Source: an uncultured cyanobacterium (GTDB lineage Bacteria > Cyanobacteriota > Cyanobacteriia > CAKZMO01). Taken from it: DNA of 64,000 nt. The DNA is taken from positions 32,001-96,000 of the forward strand of contig CAVRCJ010000019.1 in assembly GCA_963719515.1 (NCBI GenBank), read 5' to 3'. The notes beneath the pieces were generated by a model that worked only from the letters and a program-made list of their open reading frames with translations, did not search any database and was not told where the DNA came from. Shown here piece by piece: positions 20,336-31,556 of this stretch. The position numbers and the translations under genes were made by a program. The first letter of the stretch is position 1. Every line of letters starts with the position of its first letter.

Positions 20336-21997
20336 CTACTGACTTACAAAAACCTGCGCCTCATATCCTCCAATATCGATCGCAAGCTCCTCCCCCGCTT
20401 CAACGTCGTATCCCCGGGTCCATTCGCGCCAGCCTGAAGCTGCCGGCATTGGGGACACCCGGTAGCCCTCCAAAAACCGATCGGAGAAGTTGGCGACAAC
20501 GACAACCCGTGACCCCTCGCCGTTCCACCGGCCGTAGGCTATAACCTTCGACTCTAAATCTTCGTGAAAAAAGTCGATGTTAGCCGTGTAGAGGGCGTGG
20601 GTTGTTTTGCGGAGGTTGATGAGGCCGCTGCAGTAGTCTAGCAGGCTATGGTTGGCGTCATTCTCAAGCAGCGACCAGCCTATCTTATTGTCCCCGCCCT
20701 CTAAGGACTGATAAGCGCCAAACTCCTCTCCCATCAGGACGAGTGGTATGCCAACGGCGGTCATCAGCAGCGCAAAGCCCAGCTTGATCCGATCAAACGC
20801 GGCCTCATCGAAGATGTCGCGATCGCCTAGCTCCACCATTAGCCGCTTCTGGTCATGGTTGGTTAGGTAGTTGACTACGTTGGTTGGCCCCATAAATCCC
20901 TGCCGCTTGGCGTCCAGGGCGTCTTTGAGCTGATCGATATCAAAGCGATCGCCGCAGATGTGGGCCTTGACGGTGTGGTAGAAACTCTCGTGCCAGCAGC
21001 CATCCATGGGACCGTCGGCGTTGGTGATCTCCGTGGTCTCGGGGATGTGCTCGGCGACGTTGTAGAAAGGCTTCACCGGGGTCGCGGTTTCGGCCTCCTG
21101 CACAATCCAATGCATGAAATCGTAGTTGCCCAACTGGCGAGCGGCGTCGTAGCGAATGCCGTCGATGTGGTATTGATCAACCCAATAGCGTACCACATCC
21201 CCCAGGAATTTGCGGGCGGGGTAAGTTTCGAGCTTTTCGTCGTAGTGCGCTAGGTTAAACTCGGGGCCCCAGCTGTTGTCGGGGTCTCGGGGAGAGTGGT
21301 GGTACCAATAATCGTGATCGATTTGGGTGAGCGGGCCGGACGACTCAGAGTGATTAAAGATGGCGTCCATAATGACGCGAATACCGCGAGCGTGGCATTC
21401 GTCAATCAGCCGCTTGAGGTTTGCCGAGGTGCCGTAGCTCGACTCACAGGCGAAGAAGTGCCGTGGATTATACCCCCGGCTCTCCTGGCCTGGAAACTCC
21501 ATGAAGGGCATAAACTCGATGGCGTTGATCCCCAGGTTGACCAGGTAGTCTAGCTTTTCGATAACCCGCTCACAGTCGCTGCCCGACTGAGAATCACCGC
21601 CGGCAAAGTCCCCGATGTGCATTTCGTAGATCACCAGGGCGTCGTCCGGCGGTAGCGACTGGTCGTCGTGCTGCCAGACGTAGGTGTCCGTAATGCGATC
21701 GCCATCTTTGATTACCAACACCCCGTTTTGGGAATCGTCGTCGACAATGGCGGTCGCATAGGGATCGGTCACGCTGACCCATTCGTCAGGCTCTAGAAAC
21801 CAAGAGCGCGATCGCACTCGAAATTTGTATTCGTATTGCCCATCTTTCAGCTCAACCTGCCCATGAAAATGACCGGTATCGTCTTTCTCCATGGGGATGC
21901 CCTCCCAGTCAGAAAAGCATCCTGCCAAGGAGACTGCTTCGTTGTAGGGCGCAAACAGTTTAAAGGTTATAGGACTGGACAAGGGTACTCTCTCCAA
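20336..21997 (-). CDS. GH13 alpha-amylase-family enzyme with N-terminal CBM48
   Basis: CBM48 start, IYEMHIGDF, DAIFNH, GIRYDA, YLTNHD. Confidence 0.88.
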   Translation of the reverse strand: MERVPLSSPITFKLFAPYNEAVSLAGCFSDWEGIPMEKDDTGHFHGQVELKDGQYEYKFRVRSRSWFLEPDEWVSVTDPYATAIVDDDSQNGVLVIKDGDRITDTYVWQHDDQSLPPDDALVIYEMHIGDFAGGDSQSGSDCERVIEKLDYLVNLGINAIEFMPFMEFPGQESRGYNPRHFFACESSYGTSANLKRLIDECHARGIRVIMDAIFNHSESSGPLTQIDHDYWYHHSPRDPDNSWGPEFNLAHYDEKLETYPARKFLGDVVRYWVDQYHIDGIRYDAARQLGNYDFMHWIVQEAETATPVKPFYNVAEHIPETTEITNADGPMDGCWHESFYHTVKAHICGDRFDIDQLKDALDAKRQGFMGPTNVVNYLTNHDQKRLMVELGDRDIFDEAAFDRIKLGFALLMTAVGIPLVLMGEEFGAYQSLEGGDNKIGWSLLENDANHSLLDYCSGLINLRKTTHALYTANIDFFHEDLESKVIAYGRWNGEGSRVVVVANFSDRFLEGYRVSPMPAASGWREWTRGYDVEAGEELAIDIGGYEAQVFVSQ

Positions 21998-22357
21998 GGC
22001 GGTGTTCGTTAGCTGTTGCGAAGATAATTTAATCTTTCGTTAGCAAACTTCTTTCGCTTGGTAAACCTTCAGTTAGCCTAGGCGGTTTGCTGCTCGTCTC
22101 CCGCCTTTCTAATCAGTAGAAAGGCCCCACCAATAGCTAAAAATAGAACACCCCACCACAGCGAGTTGCCCGGCAGTATTTTTAATAAGAGGGTCGTAAT
22201 GCCTGAGGTGATCAAAGACCAGCCGGCAGTTGTCCGGTACTTTATCATTTTTATTATCCAAAGCGCTTCATCTAACTAACCGTAGATTAAGCTATAGCGG
22301 CTAATTTCTAATCTATCAACGGAGATAAGCGTCAGTACTATTCTCAATCCAAAAACC

Positions 22358-23626
22358 TCAATCAAAAATAGTGATATCAATTAGCGGATCAACCTCAAAA
22401 TCAGCGGCCGTCAGCCGGTCGCGAATCGATTTAGACAGCTGAGCCTGGAGCGCTTCGTCTGACAAATTACCCGTCCCCTGACGCTGGACAGCAACTTCCA
22501 CGAGTAAAGGCGTTTGGCTAGAGACATCGACGCTGGGAAAGCGCACCGACGTTTCGATCAGCTTGACGGCCTCAGCCTGTCGAACGACCTCTTGCACTTC
22601 GGCGTCGGCGCGCTGCGCCCGGCTAGAGCGCTGCAGGAAGGGCGAGCTGCTAAACTGCCAGGTCAACAGGCCAGCCATGAGCAGCGCCGATGCCAGCAGC
22701 ACGATTGGCAGCACCCCCCGCCTGCCGCGGCTGTACTTTGCTTTCTTGGCCGACAAACCGCGCCACCGAAAAACTGCGGCGGCTGAGAGGTTAATGCCTG
22801 CCAGCTGAAGCAACAGCAGAAACAGCCCGCTTTGAATCAGCTCTGGCTGCCACAGGGCGATCGCCATTCCGGTAAGGCCAGTAGGTGGAGCGAGGGACGC
22901 AGCCACGAGGACGCCGACAGCAGCTCCAGAAACCAGGCTGCTGCGTCGTGACTGAATTAGAAAAATTGCCCCTGCCGCCCCTGCGGCTAGCGGCAAGAGT
23001 ACAGTGATGCTCGAAATCTGGCCCGTATCGACCATCAGTTGGGTAATGACCCGCTGCTGCAGCGCAACGCTCAGCAGCGCCGACGTAGCGATGCAAACGG
23101 CCAAGGCGGAGAAATAGCGCAGCAAGCTTCGCCAGAGCAAAGCGACATCCCCTCGGGCTGTGGCGATGGCCAGGTTCATGGCGGGTCCGGCGAAGGGGGC
23201 GATCAGCATCGAGGCCGTCAGCAAGAAGCTGCTGTTGGTGTACAGCCCGACCCAAACCACAACGCCGGCGATCGCGGCATAGCTCAAAAATCCCCACCAT
23301 GAGCCCACGCTCTGCAGGCCCGCCAAAAAGATTTCAATGGGGCTGCGCTGTTCGACATCGATGACCTGCTGCGGTGCCTCCGACGCCGGCGGGTGGAGGG
23401 CAACAACGCCATCAGGAATCCAGTTGATATGGATGTTTGAAATAGGGTCTAAGCTCTTTAGCAGGGCCTCGACCCGGCTATTGGAAACGTGGGCGACGAC
23501 GAGCTCTACAGGAGCACTTTGGCTGGTTGCCTCTACCCGTAATATATTGGTTCCATCGTGAGACTCAGCGAGCTGAACGACTTTTTCACCCTCGCCTTTA
23601 GGAACCTGAATCCAAAGCTGTCGCAT
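22358..23626 (-). CDS. DUF389/TIGR00341 membrane protein
   Basis: ASMLIAPFAGP, GVLVAASLAPP motifs, multiple TMs. Confidence 0.8.
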   Translation of the reverse strand: MRQLWIQVPKGEGEKVVQLAESHDGTNILRVEATSQSAPVELVVAHVSNSRVEALLKSLDPISNIHINWIPDGVVALHPPASEAPQQVIDVEQRSPIEIFLAGLQSVGSWWGFLSYAAIAGVVVWVGLYTNSSFLLTASMLIAPFAGPAMNLAIATARGDVALLWRSLLRYFSALAVCIATSALLSVALQQRVITQLMVDTGQISSITVLLPLAAGAAGAIFLIQSRRSSLVSGAAVGVLVAASLAPPTGLTGMAIALWQPELIQSGLFLLLLQLAGINLSAAAVFRWRGLSAKKAKYSRGRRGVLPIVLLASALLMAGLLTWQFSSSPFLQRSSRAQRADAEVQEVVRQAEAVKLIETSVRFPSVDVSSQTPLLVEVAVQRQGTGNLSDEALQAQLSKSIRDRLTAADFEVDPLIDITIFD

Positions 23627-23947
23627 AGCAAAATCTTAGTTTTGAGGGGGAGAAATTCCTAGATCGAACTAAGTTTAGTATTGATGTTATTAGCTGGCGC
23701 AGTAGCGCGCTATTTTTAGCTTTTAAAATTTTAGCTTTTAAATATCTTTTTGTATTTTCATCAGAGTACTTCTAAGGAAAAGATAAATTATCTGTCTAAA
23801 GAAGCAGTTATTTCATAGCGTCATGCGGCACAAATTCGCGCACTGTGACCGAAAACGCTCTGAAATATCTCTGCAGGAAGACCAAGCCAAACGAAATATC
23901 TGCCATGGTAGCGGTGCCAGTATTCCTATCGCGACGTGAGAGCAGCT

Positions 23948-25437
23948 ATGTTTGGTCCAAACGGTGTCATGATGCAGTACTTCCACTGGTACCTACCGCC
24001 GGATGGAAGTCTATGGAGACAGCTCTCTAAGCAAGCTCAGGGCCTAGCGGAAATCGGCATCACGGCGGTTTGGCTCCCGCCCGCCACCAAAGGCACTAGC
24101 GGTGGCTACGACGTCGGCTACGGGCTCTATGACCTCTACGACTTAGGAGAGTTCGACCAGAAGGGCAGCGTTCGCACCAAATACGGCACCAAAGACGAGC
24201 TGATTGCAGCCGTTAAAACCGCCAAAGCTATCGACATCCAGGTCTACTCCGACGTGGTGCTCAATCACATGATGGGCGCTGATCAAATGGAAGAGCCTAA
24301 AGCGACGCCCTACGACCCCAATACTGGCGCAGAGCCCATTGGCGACAGTCGCACCGTCAAGGTGTGGACGCACTTCATGTTTCCGGGGCGCGGCGGCAAA
24401 TACTCAGAAATGGAATGGCACTGGTGCAATTTTGACGCCGTCGATTACAACGCCTACGACGAAGACTACAAAGCGATCTATGTGTTTGAAGGCAAAGGCT
24501 TTGACGCCAACGTTGCCTCAGATGAAGGGATCTACGACTACCTGATGGGCTGCGACATCGATATGGGCGCAGAAGACGTTCGCGGGGCGCTCAACGACTG
24601 GGGCGTCTGGTTCGTCAACACCACCGACGTGGACGGATTTCGCTTCGACGCCGTCAAGCACGTCCGGGCCGACTTTCTCCCCCCTGGCTTGAGCACTGTC
24701 GGCAGGAAACCGGGAAAGACCTATTTGTGGTGGGGGAGTACTGGTCTGAAGACGTGGAGGCCCTGCATCACTTTATCGCCTCTATCGGTGAAGATGTACA
24801 CCTGTTCGACGCGCCGCTGCACTACAACTTTCACCGGGCCAGCAACAGCGGCAATAGCTACGACCTGCGACAGATCTTCGACAACACCCTGGTGCAGCAC
24901 CAGCCCACCCTGGCGGTCACCCTGGTAGAAAACCACGACTCCCAACCGCTGCAAACCCTCGCCTCGGTGGTTGAGCCCTGGTTTAAGCCCTTAGCCTACG
25001 CGCTGATTTTGCTGCGCCGCGAGGGCTACCCCTGCATCTTTTACGCCGATTACTACGGCGCTCACTACAAAGATCAGGGGAACGACGGCGGCGAGTATGA
25101 GATCTGGCTCGACAGTCACCAGTGGATGATCGACAAGTTTTTGTATGCCCGCCGCACCTACGCTTACGGCGATCAGTACGACTACTTTGACCACCCCAAT
25201 ACAATCGGCTGGACCCGCCTAGGTGATGAAGCGCATTCGGGCGGGATGGCGGTTGTATTGACGAACGGGGATGCTGGGCGTAAGTGGATGGAAGTCGGGC
25301 AGGCCAATCGCACCTACGTCGATGTCACGGAACATATTGGCGAGCCTGTGACCACCAACGAGCACGGCTGGGGAGAATTTCGCTGCCCGGCGGGGTCGGT
25401 TTCGGTTTGGGTGCCGCAGCCCTTCTCCCCTAGCTAA
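23948..25437 (+). CDS. amyA: Alpha-amylase (GH13), one frameshift near 24680
   Basis: MQYFHWY, DVVLNH, GFRFDAVKH, then VGEYW and ENHD in the next frame; break at a C run. Confidence 0.85.
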
Positions 25438-25452
25438 GGCTTAGAACGAGGC

Positions 25453-28344
25453 TCAAAACGCTCCATCCAGCGCCGCCACGCATCGCTCGCACAGCAGCGG
25501 ATGGGCCTCAAACTGCCCCACTTGCGTCGAGTGGTTCCAGCAGCGATCGCACTTCTCCCCGTCGGCGTCCGCTACCCCCAGGCTCACCGCGCTGCCGCCG
25601 ATGGTGGCCTGCTCCTGGTATTTCGCCTGCGCCAGACCTTCGGGCAAGTCCAGCAGCGTCACCTGGGACGTAATAAACAGGTAGCGCAGCTCGTCTACGC
25701 CATCGCCCGCCAGGCTGTCGGGGTTTAGGGCCGCCAGCCGCTGCCGCAGGTCGGCATCCTCTACGCTCAGCAGCACCTTCGCCGCCAAAGACGAGCCGAT
25801 CGCCTTGTCGGTGCGGGCCTGCTCGAGCACCTTGTTGGCCGCCTGGCGCAGCTCCCGCAGCTCCGACCAGCGCTCGGTGAGGTCGGGGCGCTTCCACTGG
25901 TCTTCCATCTGCACCCAGCCCGCCTGAAACACAGACTCACAGGGCGTCTCGTAGGGCATCTGCTGCCAGATATCCTCCGCCATATGGCAAAGTACGGGGG
26001 CGATCGCCCGCGCCAGGTTTTCGATGGCTACGGTCAGCACGGTTTGGCAGCTGCGGCGGCGCTTAGCGTCAGCGGCGCTGATGTAGAGCCGGTCCTTTGC
26101 CATGTCCAGATAGAAGTTGGACAGGTCCACCACGCAGAAGTTTTGCACCGCCTGGAAAAAGCGGAAAAACTGATAGGTGTCGAAGGCGTTGGTGACGTCG
26201 GCGAATACCTCCGTCATCCGGTGCAGCATGTACTGGTCGAGCTCCGGCAGCTCGGCGTAGGGCACGGCGTCCGTCTGCGGATTGAAGTCGTGCAGGTTGC
26301 CCAGCAGGAAGCGGGCCGTGTTGCGGATTTTGCGGTAGATGTCGGAGAGCTGCCTGAGTATCGACTTACCCAAGGGCATATCGGAGGAGTAGTCCACCGA
26401 GGACACCCACAGCCGCAGCACATCCGCCCCGTAGGCCGGATTTTGCTTTTTGTCCTTGCCGCCCTCAATGATTACCGCCGGGTCCACCACGTTGCCCACC
26501 GACTTGCTCATCTTGCGCCCCTGCTCGTCCAGGGTGAAGCCGTGGGTGAGCACGGTTTTATAGGGGGCGCAGCCGTTGGTGGCCACGCTGGTGAGCAGGC
26601 TGGACTGGAACCAGCCCCGGTGCTGGTCGGAGCCCTCCAGGTAGAGGTCTACGGGGTACTGCAGCGCCTCTCGCTGCTGGGCCACCGCCGCCCAAGAGGA
26701 GCCCGAGTCGAACCACACGTCCATGGTGTCGGTGCCCTTGCGGTAGCTGCGGCCGTTGCTGCGGTAGGGTTCGGGCAAGAGATCGGCTACGGGCATCTCC
26801 CACCAGGCGTCGGAGCCATGCTCGGCAAAAATGGCCTGCACGTGGGCGATGGTCTCCTGGGTCATCAGCGGCTCCCCCGTCTCTTCGTCGTAGAACACAG
26901 GGATGGGGACGCCCCAGCTGCGCTGCCGGGAGATGCACCAGTCGGAGCGCTCGGACACCATGGCGGTGATCCGGTTCTCCCCTTGGGCCGGCACCCAGTT
27001 CACCTCGGCGATCGCCTTCATGGCCTCATCTCGGAAGCCCTCCACCGAGGCAAACCACTGCTCCGTGGCCCGATATATCGTTGGCTTTTTGGTGCGCCAG
27101 TCGTAGGGATAGCGGTGCTGATACTGATGCTCTTTGAGCAGAACCTTGGCCTCTACGAGGGCTTCAATCACCGCTTCGTTGGCGTTCTTGAGCACGTTCA
27201 GCCCTTCAAACGGACCCGCCTCTTTCGTAAAGTTACCCGCCTCGTCCACCGGGCAGAGCACCGGCAACCCGTAGCGCTGCCCCACGCGAAAGTCATCTTC
27301 GCCGTGGCCCGGTGCGGTATGCACCAGACCCGTGCCCGACTCAGTGGTCACATAGTCCCCGCCGATGACGATGGGGCTCTCCCGGTCAAACAGCGGGTGC
27401 TGGTAGGTGGAATGCTCCAGCGCCTCGCCTTTTACCTCAGCCTTGATCGTCAGGCTAACGCCCAAGGTCTCGCTCAGCGACTCCACGAGGTCCTTGGCCA
27501 CCAGCAAATATTTGAACGGCGTCGGGTTGCCCTCCCCTGCCTCCACCACCACATAGGTCAGCTCCGGATTCACCGCCACCGCCAGGTTGGCCGGAATTGT
27601 CCAAGGGGTCGTGGTCCAGATGGCGACGCCGGTGCTGCCCAGGTACGGCCCCAGGGCCGCCTCCGCCTCTGCGGCCACCTTGCGCAGCGCAAAGGCCACG
27701 TAGATGCTGCGGGACACATGGCCCTCGGGATACTCTAGCTCCGCTTCCGCCAGCGCCGTGCGCGAGCTGGGGCTCCAGTGGACCGACTTCAGCCCCCGGT
27801 AGATGTGGCCCTTGAGCACCATCTCCCCAAACACACCAATCTGCGCCGCCTCATACTCCGGCAGCAGGGTCAAGTAGGGGTGGTCCCAGTCTCCCCAAAC
27901 GCCATAGCGCTTAAAGCTCTCCCGCTGCTGGTCCACCTGCTCTAGCGCCCACTGCTTGGCCCGTTTGCGCAGCTGAATCGGCGTCAGGTCTCGCCGCTCC
28001 GCAGACTTCATCGCCTGCAGCACCTTGAGCTCAATGGGCAGTCCGTGGCAGTCCCAGCCGGGAACGTAGGAAGCTTTGCGGCCCCTCAGCAGCTGGTACT
28101 TATTGATGATGTCCTTGAGGGTTTTGTTGAGGGCGTGGCCGATGTGCAGCGCGCCGTTGGCGTAGGGCGGCCCGTCGTGTAGGGTGAAAGGCTCGCCGGG
28201 GTTTGCTTTAGACAGCGTCTCGTAAATCTGGTGCTCAGCCCAAAACGCCTGCAGCTCCGGCTCCCGCTTGATGGCGTTTGCCCGCATGTCGAACGAGGTC
28301 TGGGGAAGGTTGACGGTGTCTTTGTAGGTTCCTGCTTTGGTCAC
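25453..28344 (-). CDS. ileS: Isoleucine--tRNA ligase
   Basis: HIGH, KMSKS, WTTTPWT, C-terminal zinc finger; GTG start inferred. Confidence 0.97.
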   Translation of the reverse strand: MTKAGTYKDTVNLPQTSFDMRANAIKREPELQAFWAEHQIYETLSKANPGEPFTLHDGPPYANGALHIGHALNKTLKDIINKYQLLRGRKASYVPGWDCHGLPIELKVLQAMKSAERRDLTPIQLRKRAKQWALEQVDQQRESFKRYGVWGDWDHPYLTLLPEYEAAQIGVFGEMVLKGHIYRGLKSVHWSPSSRTALAEAELEYPEGHVSRSIYVAFALRKVAAEAEAALGPYLGSTGVAIWTTTPWTIPANLAVAVNPELTYVVVEAGEGNPTPFKYLLVAKDLVESLSETLGVSLTIKAEVKGEALEHSTYQHPLFDRESPIVIGGDYVTTESGTGLVHTAPGHGEDDFRVGQRYGLPVLCPVDEAGNFTKEAGPFEGLNVLKNANEAVIEALVEAKVLLKEHQYQHRYPYDWRTKKPTIYRATEQWFASVEGFRDEAMKAIAEVNWVPAQGENRITAMVSERSDWCISRQRSWGVPIPVFYDEETGEPLMTQETIAHVQAIFAEHGSDAWWEMPVADLLPEPYRSNGRSYRKGTDTMDVWFDSGSSWAAVAQQREALQYPVDLYLEGSDQHRGWFQSSLLTSVATNGCAPYKTVLTHGFTLDEQGRKMSKSVGNVVDPAVIIEGGKDKKQNPAYGADVLRLWVSSVDYSSDMPLGKSILRQLSDIYRKIRNTARFLLGNLHDFNPQTDAVPYAELPELDQYMLHRMTEVFADVTNAFDTYQFFRFFQAVQNFCVVDLSNFYLDMAKDRLYISAADAKRRRSCQTVLTVAIENLARAIAPVLCHMAEDIWQQMPYETPCESVFQAGWVQMEDQWKRPDLTERWSELRELRQAANKVLEQARTDKAIGSSLAAKVLLSVEDADLRQRLAALNPDSLAGDGVDELRYLFITSQVTLLDLPEGLAQAKYQEQATIGGSAVSLGVADADGEKCDRCWNHSTQVGQFEAHPLLCERCVAALDGAF

Positions 28345-28660
28345 GGCTAAATTCAGTGTTAAGGCTGGCGGCGGTTGTCTAGAATCAAGGCAAGCGGTGG
28401 GAGTCAGGGCGAGAAGCCAGATTATGATCTGGCCTGACCTTGACTCCAAAGGCCGGGGGCGGTCCGTAAACTGGAGATAGGGTTGGGTCTTTCGACTGTG
28501 ACCGTCCCTTTATGTAAAGCTCTATCCTACTTCGTATACCTGCTTAGAGGGTAAACCTCTCGTTAAGTTGATCCGCAGATTGCGAATTCCGGCAGCGTCA
28601 GGGCTGTATTACATAGCGTGGCATCGCACAGCGCGGCGTAATAGACACTTCAGCCCAACA

Positions 28661-30286
28661 ATGGACACAACAGCAGGCAGGCAGATTAGGGGTCAGAGAC
28701 TGACGTTGAACAGGGCAAAATTGTCGCCTCTAAGCGACAGCCCGTGGGGGCGCGGATCGCAAGGAGCCTCGGACGGTCCGGCGCTGCCTCTACGGTGCTC
28801 AAACCGCCAGGAGCCAAGCGGCCACAGCACGAATTTTCCATAGGGCGGCGATCGCCTGCGCTGCGCCCGGCCCTTCAGCCCTCCAGCCGTTCGGCTCCGG
28901 GTTCGGCTTCAGGGCCAATATTTGGCCTAGCGTCTTCGCCACCTGCGCTGAGGCGAGGGCAGCGGCGGCGGGGTAGCCTCACAGCCTCCGACGACGCCAA
29001 TGCCCAGCGGCTGGGAAGCTTTGCTGACGACTACGCGATCGCCAATGCCCCCACAGGGTTCCCAGGTCATTTTGCGGCTGAAGTCGCGCCAGTTTGATAC
29101 CTACCTACAGGTGCTGGATGGCCGGAGCGGCGAGCTGCTGTTTTCCAACGACGACACCGAGCGCGGCACCGACTCTCGTCTCGTCTTTACGGCGCAGCGC
29201 GGCATCGAGTACGTCGTGCGCGCCACCAGCTACGGCATTGAGGAGACGGGACGCTACAGCCTCACCATGAGACAGGTGCGCCCCACCATTCGAAATTTCA
29301 GCTTTACCTACGGCTATGGTCTCGTCGACGCCGCTGCGGCGATCGCCCGCGTGAGGGGCAGCGCGATCCGTCGCTTCGCCTCGGCGAGTTCAGGCCACCA
29401 GCGCCATCAGCGAGGCCTGGAATCTGAACGCCGTCGGCAGCCGCCAGGCCTGGAATCAGGGCTTTCGCGGACAGCGGCAGGTGGTCGCCGTCATCGATAC
29501 GGGCGTCGATCTAGACCACCCTGATCTGCAGGGCAACCTATGGCGAAACCAGGACGAAGTCCCGGGAAACGGGCTTGACGATGACGGCAATGGCTTTGTC
29601 GATGACCACCAGGGGTGGGACTTTGTCCGCAATCGACGCTCGCCCCCAGGACGGAGACGGCCACGGCACCCACGTGGCTGGCATCATCGCGGCTAAGGAC
29701 AACGGCTTGGGCACTACGGGGGTTGCCCCCAGGGCCAAGATTATGCCGATTCGAGTGTTGGGCCGCAACGGCACCGACGATCGCACGCTCGCCGCAGGGT
29801 ATTCGCTACGCGGTCCAAAATGGCGCTGATGTGGTCAACCTCAGCCTAGGCGGGCTGCCGGGAAGAGGGCCCTCGACGGTGCTGAAGCGATCGCTTCGGT
29901 TGGCTAAGCGCCGGGGCGTTTCCGTCGTGGTTGCTGCCGGCAACGAGCGAGATGAACTTGGAGCAACCCAGCCGGGAGAACCGGCGTTTTGGGCTGCGAC
30001 CCACCGCCTGGGCATCGCGGTGGGGGCAATCGATCGAGACTATCGCATCGCGAGCTTCTCCAACCCCACGGGAAACCGGCGTTCCAACTGGTTTGTGGTC
30101 GCGCCGGGGGTGACCATTCCGTCAACCTTTCCCGGCAATCAAACCGGGCTGCTGAGCGGCACCTCCATGGCCACCCCCCACGTCGCGGGGGCGATCGCCC
30201 TGCTCAAAAGCGCTAACCCGAGGCTGAGTCCGGTCCAAGTTGCGACGGCTTTGACCCGCACTGCAGCTCCCGTCTCTGGGGCGTAG
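28661..30286 (+). pseudogene. S8 subtilisin-like protease with PPC-like domain, multiply frameshifted
   Basis: VAVIDTG, DGHGTHVAG and GTSMATPHVAG lie in different frames. Confidence 0.8.
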
Positions 30287-30395
30287 GGCTTTGACGCTTA
30301 CGGCCCTAATCGCTTATCTTGAGGGCTCAGTCTTAAGGGCTGGCCCCTGTGAAAAGAGGGGGCGGCAGGGGCACCGCAAGGAGAACCAATCGGCT

Positions 30396-30857
30396 ATGAA
30401 CAGCACCGAAAATATTACCATTCGGGTCGTCACCTACCGCGAGGCGATCGCCGACATCCAGGCCATCCGACGTCAGGTGTTTCAGCAAGAGCAGGGGGTC
30501 AGCGCTGAGCTAGAGTTTGACGGACTCGATGACGCCGCCACCCATCTGCTCGCCTGCGACCGAACCCAGGCCGTTGGCACAGCGCGGCTGCGCCCCTTGG
30601 ATAACCGCAAGGCTAAGGTAGAGCGGGTGGCGGTGTTGGCCTCCCACCGGGGCCGGGGAATTGGGCGACAGCTGATGGTGGCGGCGATCGCCCAAGTGAG
30701 ATCTCAAGGCATGACCACGATCAAGATCAACGCCCAGCTCCAGGTCAAGGCTTTTTACGAGCGGCTGGGGTTTGTGGCCCAAGGGGCGGTCTTTGAGGAG
30801 GCGGGAATTCCCCATGTGGCCATGACGTTGGCGGCGGCACCGCTGCAGTTAAGTTAG
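30396..30857 (+). CDS. GNAT acetyltransferase (YjcF/ElaA-like)
   Basis: RRQVFQQEQGV, RGRGIG, FEEAGIPH. Confidence 0.88.
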   Translation: MNSTENITIRVVTYREAIADIQAIRRQVFQQEQGVSAELEFDGLDDAATHLLACDRTQAVGTARLRPLDNRKAKVERVAVLASHRGRGIGRQLMVAAIAQVRSQGMTTIKINAQLQVKAFYERLGFVAQGAVFEEAGIPHVAMTLAAAPLQLS

Positions 30858-30899
30858 GGGGGGCGGCTTTGGGGCTATCAGCGCCGGGGCCAGCTGAGA

Positions 30900-31505
30900 T
30901 CAACTCGGAAGGTTCAGCTCCTGCCTGACATCCTGGAGCGATCGCTCCCACAGTTCCTCAAACCGGTACCCCAGCAAAAACTTTGCCCGCTTGCCCAGCT
31001 GATGACCAAGCCGCCGATTTTCAGCAATTTGTCTCGTTTGCTGCGGGGCGAGCATGGGGTAGAGCAGGCTGGCGATCCAAAGGCCCAAATGCTGAAAGCG
31101 GCTGTAATCTTGGGCGACCGCGAACGCCAGAACTCCCATCTCGCCCGCATAGCTCGTATCAAACCCCAGCAGAACGTGGAAAATGTCGTGGGTGACGGCA
31201 TACCTGAGGGCAAACACGTTTTGCTGAGCCAAAGCCTCCCGTTCAGCGCTGACGGTAAAGGGCTGTAGGGCGTTGTGGCGCATGTGGTGGGCGTAGGCAT
31301 AGCCGAATGAATCTTTCGGCAGCGCGAGCAAATTATCTAGGTCAATGGGCGGATGGTACCCCGCGACCGACTGCAGCTGTGCCATCACCTGGGGGTTGGC
31401 CCGCGCTCCCACTGCATCCGCCTTGAGAATCGCCAAATCGCCTAGATTGGGGTTGTCTTGTGCGGCTTCCTGAAAGGCGCTCAAGAGCTGTCTAATTTTC
31501 ACCAT
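30900..31505 (-). CDS. Coq4-family protein
   Basis: HDIFHVLLGFDTSYAGE matches the Coq4 HDxxH-x11-E motif; LPKDSFG. Confidence 0.8.
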   Translation of the reverse strand: MVKIRQLLSAFQEAAQDNPNLGDLAILKADAVGARANPQVMAQLQSVAGYHPPIDLDNLLALPKDSFGYAYAHHMRHNALQPFTVSAEREALAQQNVFALRYAVTHDIFHVLLGFDTSYAGEMGVLAFAVAQDYSRFQHLGLWIASLLYPMLAPQQTRQIAENRRLGHQLGKRAKFLLGYRFEELWERSLQDVRQELNLPS

Positions 31506-31556
31506 AGTCCCACCTGATTGAGAGACGGCACGTGCTTTGGCTGCGCTGGTTCCGCC

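Noticed and set aside
25984..27738. 584-aa ORF antisense to ileS
   Set aside because: Shadow ORF explained by GC-rich codon bias on the opposite strand; no motifs
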